From Bigelowiella natans CCMP2755 (Eukaryota > Protista > Cercozoa), in contig ADNK01003270.1 of the NCBI GenBank assembly GCA_000320545.1, positions 1-64,000 of the forward strand: 64,000 bases of DNA. The letters run 5' to 3'. Below, piece after piece: positions 39,313 through 52,277 of the stretch. Position 1 is the first letter of the stretch; the number at the start of each line of letters is the position of its first letter. The notes below the pieces were generated by a model. It worked only from the letters and a program-made list of their open reading frames with translations. It had not been told where the DNA came from and made no database searches. The translations under genes and the position numbers were made by a program.

Positions 39313-40561
39313 TTGACTACTGCACTACTAGCCTCCGGGAAGCTCCTGCAGCGGCAATCACCTCTATAAACGGGGTTTGCGGAGAGTAAAATTGTGTCCC
39401 TTTGTTGGCGTAGTAAATGACGATCTCGAAGAGCTCTCTCCTGAGCGGTGCGCACACAGAGAACGGGGTCGCATATTTATGATGACCACCAATCGCACAA
39501 GCAAAGCACGGGAACAACAAACCGCATCGCCCATCTATGGGGTCAAAAGTAGGAACTGTCGCCATCATCATCATCATCATCGTCATCATCATCATCATCG
39601 TATCTTGTGACAACAACACCAGTTTTTCCCGAACGAGAATTCCATCAGGAAGTTTGAGAAATCAGCGTGTGAATTCGTAACGAGAAAGACCCGGATGCCC
39701 TCTGAGCCACGCAGCAGCGCGCATCGAACAAAACAAAGCGTTAAAAGCAAAGTGGAGGCATATGGGAGAGACTTCTCATCAACGCAACACACGCGGTCTT
39801 CTCCTAGGGATGGCTAGCACGTTTTCGCAATAGAGAGAGTGTATTCTCACAGGGACTCATACTTATTTGCAAGTGATTCGCGCAAAAAGATCGTAAGTAG
39901 GATACGGCGCAACAGCTCTCTCCGCTATTCTTTGTTTCCTACTGTTGTCGTCGTCATAACCATGGTTGTTGGAAGTGCTGGCATCTCTACCACCTAGCCC
40001 TCAGTCTCCCAATCAATCTCTACATATTATCCCTTTTGAGGAATGGCGGATTACTTACTTTTTGGACATTCTTGCAGCCAACGTGCGAGTTGAGGTCGGC
40101 GTGTGATGTACTTTCTGCACCCACATCATCATCATCATCGTCGTCATCATCATTTGCGTAGCAATCGCCAGTGAGTAAGCAATGGGAGAAGTGGTAGTAG
40201 TAGTGGTAGTAGTGGTAGTAGTAGTAGTAGTAGCAGCAGGACGCCAAGGAGGGGGAGGAGGAGGAGGAAAGAAAGGGTGTCAGATATTAGTTTTTCAGCA
40301 GCTACAAACAACACATCCTCGAAATGTGTGGAAATTTAGCAGCATGATAATGATGATGATCATCATCATCTTCCAGGAGACAATACACCGGCAATTCGCA
40401 TAATTCAGTCGCATTCCGATGGTATTTACCCTGGATCTGCTTGAATCTCAGGGAAAAATATGCCCCGCTTCTCCCGGAACAAATTTGCAGAAAAATTATC
40501 TATAAATGCTTGCAAAACCTGGATTGTAAAGAAATAATGATGTGTGTAAGTGTGTGTGTGT

Positions 40562-40604
<43 letters not shown>

Positions 40605-40921
40605 AGTTCTTGCAATAAACAACCCACTGCCAGCCCTCTTCTGGCTGAGTTTGAATGAAACTCCATATAACCCTCCCCTCCCCCCCCCCCCCCCTCCCTT
40701 ATCTTTCTGCCCAATTCATATATATATCATGCTCTACTATTATCTTCTTCTTCTTCTCTCTTCGTGTCTTGTCCACCGAATAGCACCTTAGGCCAAAAGT
40801 CATACTTTCCCCACCCCTTCAGGTCGTAGTACTCGACGAGAAGAGCACAAACATGTTGCACGGGGGTATCGAAGTGGGTGAGAAACTCTTTGTATGCTGT
40901 GGGAACATTTATAATTCATAC

Positions 40922-40966
<45 letters not shown>

Positions 40967-42351
40967 ATTTTTCTTTGTATTGATATTTACACACACACAT
41001 CTACGCTCTCAAAACATCCAGGTTGAGTACAAATACACCCAACGCCACGTCGCCAAAACGCGAGAAAAAGATGTGATTGTAAGGGATTTCTACGAATGAA
41101 TAATTCGAGTACGTCGTAGACAACAGGTTACGTGGTACTTGCAAATCCCATTTTGTTGGGGGACAAGAGCAGTCATTATAAAACAGAAAATCGATGGTGG
41201 CGACGTGCAACACTGGAGTACCTACCAGGGTTTTTATCAAGCTTTTTCAAGGAGGAATCAAAATGCTTCCAAGCCTTTTTTCCGTATCTACACGCACACA
41301 CACATAGATAGAGAGAGAGAGAGGGGGGGGGGGGGGGGGGGGGAGGGAGGGGGGGTTACAGTCATCAAATGGTATGTTGAGCTTATAGCAACACACCTGG
41401 CGCGGATCTCCTCCTCAGTGAGCAGCTTAAGGCCATGCCTTGCTGCTACAACCATTCCATGCGGATTCACTTGAATCAGATCACCTGGATGATGTGACAA
41501 TGATATTCAACGATTATTTATGATGGCAAGCGATGAGAACCTATTCGCAACCCTTATGATCACGGAATGTTTTTTGTGCCACGTAAGTTTCTACATGTGA
41601 TATTGTGTGCGCTCACCAGTCTCAAAATCGATGATAAGGCCCTTTCCCACGATTTCGGGTTTGAACTTCACGTCAAAGTGCTCAGGGGGGAAATCTGATA
41701 TAAAGCCATTTTTTAATTTAACACGAGGCTGTACCGAATAATCGTGGAAGGAAGTTCCCCTGTTGATCATAATATGAGCAACCGGTTTGTCTCAATTCTT
41801 CATTCCTTCCTTTCCTCCTGCTACTGCCGTATGCCATCACCATCATCACTGTGCTACATACATCCATTAACCATTACTGCTGCTGCTGCTGCTACTACTC
41901 ACTGTGAGTTTCGATGAGATTTTTGACTGAAAGTCGGTGGATCATATCATATCTGATCATTTATACAACGGCAACAGCAGCAGAAGAAAAAGTAGAAGAA
42001 TAACAATGGAAAAAAACATGGGTCAACGACAGTAATGTGCTAATGGCGTATTACGGACTCTGCTATTATTTCACAGGGAGGGAGGGGTGTCGGAAGCAGT
42101 TTTATCATTACAGATTCGGGATATTATATTGAACGAGAGTGTGGTCCATGTCGAAACCGAGCCATGTAATCCTGATCAAGTAACACAACAATGAAGGGGC
42201 ATGACTGTACGACGAACCAGGCTGCTGCGTGTCTCAGCCCTCCTGTGCCTTACTTTCTCATCAACGACGAAATTGATGATGATCCTCCCCCTTCCGATGC
42301 TTCTCCCTCCCCTTTGCGTTTTCCAGATGCATTGCCTGCTGCCTGCTGCAT
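37608..42351 (-). CDS. HAD-superfamily 5'-nucleotidase (cN-II/NT5DC1-like), multi-exon
   Basis: Motif I ITWLGFDMDHTLVQY, motif II VFLVTNSHADF, then LFEIVIYYANK, motif IV YVGDHLNG|DVVACRSNMGWKVIYVAEE, and C-terminal NFFGALASKTSDAIVPSV. Confidence 0.88.
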
Positions 42352-43026
42352 CCCCTCCTCCTCCCTATTGGTTATGGGCACGTGGCAACTTGCTGAGCAG
42401 GGTTTAAATCGCACCTTTACGATGTTTCTAGCATCAAAGTTTGTCTAAGTAATGTCATGGTTCCAATATATGATTGCGACATGGAGAATGTACTGACGCT
42501 ATGTGGATTTTCTATGATTTTAATGCATATCTTCCAATTGGACATCATAGCGGAAATACGACTTTGTATATACCATGTCGCATGATCTAACCTATAAGAC
42601 ATTTGCTTCGTTTGTACTCATCAACCCTCAAAAAATGAAATCCGGGGATATTATTCGGACATCCTCATGGATACCTAAAAAAAAAGGATATCCTCCGAGT
42701 TCCCACCGGGGACACTCGGATATTACGGGAAGAGTGATCGGAAAATTTAAAAAAAAAGGATTTTTTAATGTCGTAGGGTAAAAACGCCGTGATTATCATC
42801 TTGTTGTTTTCTAAGTCACAACTACGAAGAACATCAAATCTCAAAAAGAGAGGTGAGTGGTGGATACGGAGGAGGAAATGCGAGAGGGAAGGGCGCACTT
42901 ACTTCATTGGCTTCATCGTTCATTCCTGAACGAAGACATTACTACTATCCTGTGTAATTACATACTTCTTGGAGTCTTCTGAGCGAAGAAATGTTGCTTA
43001 GTTTCGATAAGGCAACTCCTTTCAAA

Positions 43027-43697
43027 ATGGGAGCTGGAGCAACGCAGAATCTGAACGCCAACAAGTAATTCTCATCACAATTGAAGGTATTTTATATCTA
43101 AGTAACGTTGGATTTGAGCAGGCAAAAGACCTACGGTTCCACCGGGGGTGGCGATGCAGAATTGGGGACTGTGAACGGGGAAAGGAAGGTAGCACTTTGA
43201 TACTCTCCTCTTCCCAGCTATGCGCGTGCATGGATGTGCAAGTTTTTGGTCCCTATTTCCGTCTTATTTCCAGGAAAGGATGGTTTCATACTATTATACT
43301 CTCTCTTATCGTGAAATGTTTCGTTCTCAGGGATCTGTTGACCGTTTGGAGTTGTTTAAGCGGGTTATCTCAATGAACGAATCCCAAATCCACAAACTTA
43401 GCAAGCCTGAGTACATGATGCTTATTGGAGACTCCTACGATCCGGACAAGCGGAAAAAGTAGTTGCCATTGTTGTTGAAGGCAGCTGGACTTCTTGATTC
43501 ATGCTTATAATTCAATTTATAGGGAGGCTTACGACGCGTATTTCGAGGCTGAGGGCTATCCAGAAGTGGGAGCTTGGAAATACACGTCAGTCTTTCGCCA
43601 CGATTATCTGAAACCAAATCATAATTAATATCTTGCAGGTGTTGGTGTTTAGTTCACCCTCCATGTATAAAGTTTACGAAGTACTAATTTATAATTG

Positions 43698-43728
<31 letters not shown>

Positions 43729-45297
43729 AAATTTAGGTTTGACCTGACTCTTCTGTACTGCATGGGTGCTGCTCTTGGCATACTATGTGGAGTGACGTTG
43801 TATGCACATCCCGGCCTATTCTTGAATTTCGCCATATATTGGCCATTCTGGCTGGAACAGGTATAAAACTGTCAAAGTTTGCTATTGTCCCTTTCTTCTC
43901 TTTATTAGCATCATCGCATTGCATAGCATAGGTTTTTGGTTAAATTACTATTCGTTTTTCGCACAATTTCCTGATCTTCCATATCTGTTTACATTCGTTG
44001 CTGGTGTTTTAGGTTATCAAGACCACATTTATGTTGACAGTTGCCTACATCGGTGGATACATCGTTGAGAAGCACAATGTTAAGGTTCTGCCTACCTTAG
44101 AGTGATATTTGTGAGGGTGGGTGTTAATGTCTGATTATGGCGGAGAATATGAATGCGGTGCGGGTGGGAACATAAAATTAATTTGACTGTTTCCAAAATT
44201 AAACTTTTTAACCACTAGTAGAGATGGAAATGCGTAAATATCTTTCATCAATCTTTAGTACCATAAGCATTGTGTATCTCGTAGAATTACAGACTAGTCC
44301 CCCCCCCCCCCCCACTGGCTTCTTCTATTATCAGGTTAATTACACAAGAAAGGTACAGCACTTTTGTGCATACCTGATCCCCTTGGTGATGCGCTTCTTC
44401 ATCTCCTCCTCCAAGTTTCAGAAAACGCTGGTATTGACAAATAGTATAACTTTCTACTGCCTCTAATTCTTCTTCACTGTGACAATCCCTTGCATCGGTC
44501 AGGAACATCATGTTATTGTATTGGTTAATACATAATTAAATACCATTTTTTGTGTCAACACATTCCGTTGCGATGACCTTTAGTTGGAGAGCGTAATCGT
44601 GGAATGGTGGGGATACTGGTGGACTATGTTGTCCTTCTTCGTCTTCATATATCCCATTCGGACGCGAGTTAGCTTCATCGATCGATGCTTCTCCTCGCTG
44701 GACCGCCCTGAAGACCGCCCGAACACTATCTACTGGATTACTACCCAGATCTTCCTCGGATACATTATCATGTCTGTTTACACTACATTTATGACTTGGT
44801 CTGGGCAAATGACGGCAAGGACTCTTATTTTCATTCCTGTTATTATTACCGGTATTGGAGACGGCATTGCCGAGCCAGTTGGGCGTTCCCTTGGAGGAAA
44901 GGTTTTCATCAAGGGCCTTAAATACCAAACTGCAGGACTCGGTTCAAATAAGCTCTACACTCGCAGCTTCGAGGGATCTTTTGCTGTGTGGATCACGGGC
45001 GTAATTGCGATTTTCGCGATGTACGATGTCTTCTTTAGTTGGTACCACGTCGTAATCGCCCTGATCTTAGTTCCTGGAGCTAGTACCATTGCTGAAGCAT
45101 ATTCTCCTCACACCTGGGACACTCCTTTCTTGTTATCGACTGGGGCCGGAATTTTGTGGGCACAAACATTCATCCCTGATAATCTCCATTGGATGCCTGC
45201 CCTCATTGTCATCGGCATTCACGCAGTGATAATGTTGGTTATTAGTGTTATTGGGTGGAAGAAGCTCGTTCTCGTTAATGAAATGCTGCATCTTTGA
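43027..45297 (+). CDS. Polytopic membrane protein, CTP-dependent polyprenol/phytol/dolichol-kinase-like (cytidylyltransferase family); start approximate
   Basis: VNYTRKVQHF, GIGDGIAEPVG, YTRSFEGSFAV and AEAYSPHTWDTPFL match the RK..H, GDxxA..G, (K/R)SxEGS and E....DN motifs. Many TM segments. Confidence 0.75.
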
Positions 45298-46383
45298 GAA
45301 GCAAGACCGTTTTTTTGGGCAAATTAGTTCATATACATAGTACAGCAGTACTGAAGAGGGTATCACACCGTAGCTGCCGATATGTATGTGGTATAATGCG
45401 GAAGCATAGTATTGCATATAATCACATACACGCAAAGTCATACGCACACTGTACACGCACACAGATAGTAAGTCTAAATAAATATGCTGTGTGTATGCAT
45501 GTCAATTGTATCATACCAGAACGTCTTCTTCAATTATATCGCGTCAGTCCAACTAGCTAGCAGTTGCTTGTAAGTGCGTTGTACTACGACAATGCATTGC
45601 ATGAGGATGCTTTGTGTGTTTGCAAAGTCTCAAATCACAATGCGTAAGATGTGCTCGCTTCGCTGTTGTTGCATTTTCTTACATTGTGTGTAATTGTCGC
45701 TTCGCCCGCATCGCATATATGCATGGTCTAGTGGTGTATGTTGAATGTGCGTATCGCAGCAAGGTGGAGGCGTGACTTCTGCAGCTTTGCTGTTCAGCAC
45801 AGCCATGCAGTCTGCTAGTCAGCTCCAGAGCTGCGCTGCATCGCATGGGCATGCTAGCATGCTGGACATCATCGGACGTGCTAACTCACCCATGTCTTCC
45901 CCTGACAGGAGCAACCAGGGGGAAACCAAGGGTTTGTTTCACGTCACCGTGCACGAGCGCGGACGACTGCAGAGCTGGCTAGCTGGAGCGCTGGAGCCCA
46001 GTGCTCTTTTTTTGTTTGGCTCATGCAATGACAATCAGCTCGCGTCGCGCGTTCCTCTCCACGCTCAAACGCATGATTCTCGACTGCATCAAAAGCGCAC
46101 GCAACAAACATGGAGTTTGAGGCGCATGTTATGTTTAGCATGGTGGTTGGGACACAACATGCACAAAAACGCTCGAGCTCGATGCGATGTGGGAAAACAG
46201 ATGCCACGGAGCCTGAAGTGAATTTTCACCTGCGACAAGGAATTACGGAAGTCGCTGGATGAAAATGCCATGAGAATCTGTGCAAACAGAATGGATACGA
46301 CTCTACTCACAATTCACAGCCGTGCGACGTGCTGTCCTATCTACGATGCTACCAACACAAGGCACTGCTAGTTCCCTGGCAGC

Positions 46384-46747
46384 ATGAAAAGGCATACATT
46401 GTCGGCATACGTACCGTTGTTGGTAATCGTAGCAGTAGCTTGCTTTTGTTTGGCTACGTCATTATTCGCACACCGTCCATGGCTGAGTCTTGACGAATCG
46501 GTACAGATCAGATTCATCAACTCTCTTTAGATTGCATTGTTATGAAGCTCATGATGACAGCGATATATTCCATTGCTTAATGTTAGCTGTGTGATGAGAG
46601 AAATGATTGCTAGTGATAATGAGAACGATGATGAAGTTCATAGCTGACTGCCATTTTTCCGGCCCAAGGGGATAGGAAATATCTTAGTAGTTGTAGCGTA
46701 GTAGTAGTTGTAGGGTAGCAGTAGCGGTAGTTGTCGTCATCGTCATC

Positions 46748-46802
<55 letters not shown>

Positions 46803-47786
46803 CAATGGTAATAACGAGTAGTGGAAGAAATCATTTAGTAGTTACGAGGAGTAGTAAACAGGACGTTTCCTTTATATGTCAGCAAACCCAACAGCTGCAG
46901 CTGAAAATAGACCAAGAGCAGGAAAACCATGCTCTCTTTCACAAATATCGGCGGCTAGGGCGCACGGCTTCGTCGCCATCTTTGGCATTATTGTCGTCTT
47001 TTCCAACACTGTCATCGTTATCGTCATCATTATCATCATCATCCCCATCATCATCAGTGCTAGGTCTTGTAGATATAGAGCAGTCGAGCTTATACCACCA
47101 TCATCATCAACAACAACAACGACAACGTGTTTTGCTTCTTCGCGGAGGTGGGCAAAGTCTCTCCGCGGCGTGTAATAGAAGCACAGTACTTTCTGGAAGC
47201 AATTTCACAACGCTACGCTCATCCCTTGCCACCTGGTGGAACAACTACACGTATCTGGGCGACATCGAGAAGTGGGTGCCTACACATGCCACCATCTCTA
47301 ATAGCAGATTAGTCACACACATTGTCCCCATTATTAAACCTTCTGTATCCGCGGTCGTTGTTGTCGTTTGCATCTGAATCTATGGCTGTTTGAGAAAGAC
47401 ACCGTTGGTGTCCACCGTGTGTTTCTACTACTACCCTGACAAATAATGGATAATGACTTTTTATAGGTACTTCATGCTAGCTGGTGATATTGGAGGCACA
47501 AACGCCCGCCTTGCAATATACGCTGCCTCAACCGCCAATTTATCAGCAGGGTTGTTTCGCTAATAGTAGTGTGAGAAGTGCAAACTAGTAGCGGTATTGA
47601 AGTGATAATAATTCCTCTCTGACACAAAAGGCACGTCAGCACAGAGGTCTACACCCGGAAATACAAGGTAGTGCTGCTGAGCAAATGAGAAGTAAAATCA
47701 TGCAGGGGTAATCCAAATTTATTCAACTTCGGAGGTGAATTATCAACACAGAGCTATACTGTACTTGATACAAACATGGCAAAAGC

Positions 47787-47822
<36 letters not shown>

Positions 47823-48252
47823 TATCACCATTTCAGGTTCGGAACTTCAACTCATTGGCCGCCGTATTAGCTCAATTCTTGAAGGATGCTGAAAAGGACC
47901 GGGCTATATCATTAAATGAATATCTACAGATTAAGTCACGAAGGTCAATTCTCACTCTGTATTCACAGTAAGAGTAGTAGTAGCCTCGGTATTTGTAGCA
48001 AGTACCGCGTACACTCTTCTTTTGAGCGGTTGTTCTCTTCCTCTCACGCCACGATGCATCGGTTTGCAGCTATCCTACGACAGCTTGCTTTGCGGTGGCA
48101 GGGCCAGTAGCAAACAATGAAGTTGACTTCACAAACATTGACAACTGGCCTGTCACAAGAGGGGCTGACCTCCAACGCCAACTCGGTATTCAGAAGGTAC
48201 GTTCTTTATTTGGATCATACTGATTCAATTTAAAAGATTAGAACCATTGTAA

Positions 48253-48294
<42 letters not shown>

Positions 48295-49045
48295 GTTCAG
48301 CTCATCAATGATTTTTCTGCCTTATCCGAGGGGGTAGTGGCAATGGAAGAGCATGGAATGTGCAAGTTCATGGACATTCAAAAAGGTGCTCCTGCTCCTT
48401 TGCATTTTCAATAAATCCTTCGTTGACCTGAGCTTTTCCCCAACCATATTTAAAGTGAGCAATGACAATATTGATGATGGTTACTACTTCGGGCAACGAC
48501 GTTGTTTGTGAAAAGAATAATATTGCTTTGTTTGTGAGAAGAATAATTGATTGGTTTATGAAAAGAACATGTCGCTCCGATTGCTTCTTCATTCCTTCCA
48601 TCCACTAATATCTTTGCTGCCATCTACTTACGCTGCTCTCGATTCGTTGTATGGCATTCTAATTCCTTGCACACATTTGTACTGGGTCTTTACTCATGGT
48701 TTGGCCGCATAAACGACATCGGGATCTTCAGGCAGAGATGGGTTCTCTTCCTTCTTCTTCTTCTTCTTCTTCATCTTCCTCTAAATCATGTTATTATTCG
48801 GATGACGAAGATGTAGCATGTTGCTCAATTGATTTCTTTTATTAAGAGCTGCTGCATACATAATTGCCGTAGGTGGATGAATGAAAAACGTCACAAATAT
48901 GCCCCCAAGTTGGTTATCGGTGCGGGGACAGGGCTAGGAGAGTGCTTGTTGATATGGAATGGTAGTGATAAATGTGATGACGATGCTGCTAGTCGTGTTA
49001 GTTGCGGGTAGTTGAGTAGTAGTAGTAGTAGTATTAGCACTGATG

Positions 49046-49078
<33 letters not shown>

Positions 49079-50120
49079 GGAGGAAGAAGAAGATGTGGTG
49101 TGTGGTGGAAATTGCAGAGCTGCAATGAGACTGCCATTAACATGATGACGATAATGAATTGCATCTATATGAGAACAATATATATCACTTATGCTTCTAT
49201 TTTAGGTAGGTTACCATCGTTTTATTGCAAATCTATATCACTATCCTCAAAAACACATCATCATCATCATCATCATCATCATCATTATCCCTTTCATTCG
49301 TTATTACAAACACATAGAGGCGTTTGAGAACACCCCTTCACGCATCACAACTTCTTATTCTTTATCCCCCCCTCCCCCCCGTTCTCCTTATGACTTCTCC
49401 TCATCTTTCTCCACAACAACGTCATTGCTGTCATCATCAGGAAAGTATTACCAGGCTTGTCCATCAGAAGGTGGTCACGTCGATTTCGGGCCAAGGAATG
49501 AGGAGCAATCTCATATTCTCGATTATCTGCGGAACAAGTACAATTCTAGCCAAGGGGGCTCTCCTCACGTATCTGTGGAGAGACTGTGTAGCGGCAAAGG
49601 AATCGAAGAGATCTACCGCTACCTTCGCCACCGGTATCCCGAAAACGTGCACCGGGAGTCTGATGCCGAGTTTGATCGTGCCGTCGAGAAGGCTGTAGTT
49701 GTGACTGAGCACGGCAAGAAGTGCTTGCTTTCGGCCAGTAGTAGGGGAATTGGAATCCTCGGTGCTAAATTATTCAGCAGCAATGGGGGCGATGTCGGTA
49801 GCAGTAGCAGGAAGAATGAGAGCCTGTTAATGCAACAGGCCTTGGAGCTATTCGTAGCTATTTACGGTGCCGAGGTTGGAAATGCAGCTTTGAAGTTTCT
49901 TCCGTTTGGGGGGATATATATAGGGGGGGGCATCGCGGCGAACCTCAAGGAGTACCTGCAGCTCTCGCCGACGTTTCTATCGTGTATTCGTGACAAGGGG
50001 AAAATGGGTCAAATTGTGCGAAAAATGCCAATCAAGCTAATCCTTTCCGATGGAGTCGCTATTCGAGGGGCTGAAACTGTTGCAAGGCGAAAGTTGCAGG
50101 CTTTTCTGGACGATATATAG
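46384..50120 (+). CDS. glk: Glucokinase (bacterial Glk type) with N-terminal signal/transit extension, multi-exon
   Basis: LAGDIGGTNARLAI, AVAGPV, LINDF, VIGAGTGLGE, PSEGGHVDF, VSVERLCSGKGI, GGIYIGGGIA. Probable first exon MKRHTLSAYVPLLVIVAVACFCLATSLFA (start less certain). Confidence 0.93.
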
Positions 50121-50573
50121 CATATATTTTTCGTGCTGCTTGCTTTGACGAAGCTAGCGGCTTTCTTCGAGTATGTTATAAATTCGTTCGGCGACTAGGT
50201 CTTTGATACTTGTTACTGCGTTTTTAAAAAATTGCGCTTGGCAGGCCTAAGTGTAGCACGCTGTTGACATCACATCTGCTGCCTGTGCATGTCATTGCAT
50301 CTACACACGCGCTTGGCTCTGTTCACAGCTCCGTCAAACCCGGTAACGACGGGGTTGTGAACAGTGCAGCGCTTTGCGACGCGCTTTGAAGCAGTAGGCG
50401 GTTGCAGTTGGTCAAAGAAAAGTCATCAGAACTTGTCCGATGGCCAAACCTCAAAAAATGACCGAAACATTGACCCAAATGTCCATTTCCAAGGCCTCAG
50501 TGAGCGCGCAAAGTGTGAAAATTCACACCCGTTGTGCAGAGGATGCACGCTGCGCGTTTGTTCTCTAACAATA

Positions 50574-50649
50574 TGCTATGAAAGAAAAGAAAGAACGTGT
50601 GGATCACAATAAAAAACGTCAATTGCAAAACCTCCAAGCTGCATCAGGA
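50574..50649 (+). repeat. 76-bp perfect inverted copy of RRS1 exon segment 52740-52815
   Basis: Exact reverse complement, flanked by AATA on both sides (50570-50573, 50650-50653). Confidence 0.95.
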
Positions 50650-51044
50650 AATAGTTTTTCCACAGCAAATGCACTGGTCATTGTTGGAGCATCATCAATC
50701 GCCAGCTAACAATGTGACAACATGACGATGCGCATGGCATCGAGCGAGCATGCATGGCAAGCGGATGACTGTGGCAAGCACATCCAGCACACATCTGATG
50801 ATTTCGGCTACGAGAGCATGAAAGAACTCCGCAGCTAACATTAGACTCGGTGTTGACGTGGCAATTAGGCAAATAGGCATAGCAGACAGAATAGCTTGCA
50901 CAGCAATGAGCATCGTAGAATAATGTGAGATGTATGCATCATAGCTTCATTTTAGATAGAGATGAGCAGTAATTTCGTCCTCACTAGAGATGGATTGACG
51001 ATCCCCGATTCCTTACAAAACAATGCGATTTCCCTTGCAGCTAT

Positions 51045-51275
51045 TTAAATCATTTGCTTGGATTTCTTTTTCTTCCCTACGTTTGATTGGTTGGGAATGT
51101 GAATTGAATTACAAAGAATGAGCAAGTGCAAGGCAGCACCGAATCTCCTCTTATATTTGCCTACTCAACTTTGTGTTTTGCGGAATGGGATTATTGCCCG
51201 ATGATGGCAGATGTTTGTTCCCCGTGGTAATGTTAGGAAATCGAAACTCATCATACGACATAATATAAATATATA

Positions 51276-51313
<38 letters not shown>

Positions 51314-51807
51314 CATCATCGGTGCTCATACCTGCTTTTCCTTTCTTGGCCCTTTTTTTGGCCTCCTCTTCTTGCTGGGCGATGTTAATAGCTTTGTTTA
51401 CATTCACCTTATTACCCCCTGTTCTCCCTACAATCTGTTGTAATCACAAGACCAATCAAACAACACTTAGCAGCGTGTTTTTCTCGCAAAACCTTTCATA
51501 TTGATGCATGATGCTGAATATGATGATTACGATTATGATAACGATGATGGCAGTGATTACATGCACACCAACAGGATATAGTATATGAGAGCGTGTGTGT
51601 GCGTGTGTGTGTGGAAAAAAAAGGCAATGATGTATATTCAAACAATTACATATATCAAGCCGGTGTAACACAATGCCACCCTCTTGCTCCCCCCCTCCCC
51701 CCATCGTCTTGCAGCACAGTACCTTCTCCATCAGTTTCATTGAGCTAGATTTCTCTGTTTGGAAGTTCTTCTGGAATTCTGCATCTCTCTGATATAATCA
51801 ATATATA

Positions 51808-51846
<39 letters not shown>

Positions 51847-52218
51847 CACTAGAATTAGACGACTACTCAGATAATAACAGAATCTTATATCCTATGCGTC
51901 AGTCTCACAAAAGGAAACACTCTCAATTGGCCTTATTTCTCCCACCATAACCACTACCACCACCACTACCACCACTACCACCACATCAGTAGGAGCGAAG
52001 CAATACCAACCTTTGCCTTGAGTTTCTTGGACTTTTTGACGGCGGGCTCATCCCTGTTAAGCTTGTCAAACTTACCCATCGATGCCGTTGACTTTTGTGA
52101 GACTTCTAAAGCGACCTAGTAGTGTGAGCAGAAGAGAGAATAATGGAGAGAATAACGTATAATACCAAGAGTAAGAGAAGACTATAAGCAGGAAGCTGGC
52201 GCTGTAGGTGTATATTTT

Positions 52219-52277
<59 letters not shown>

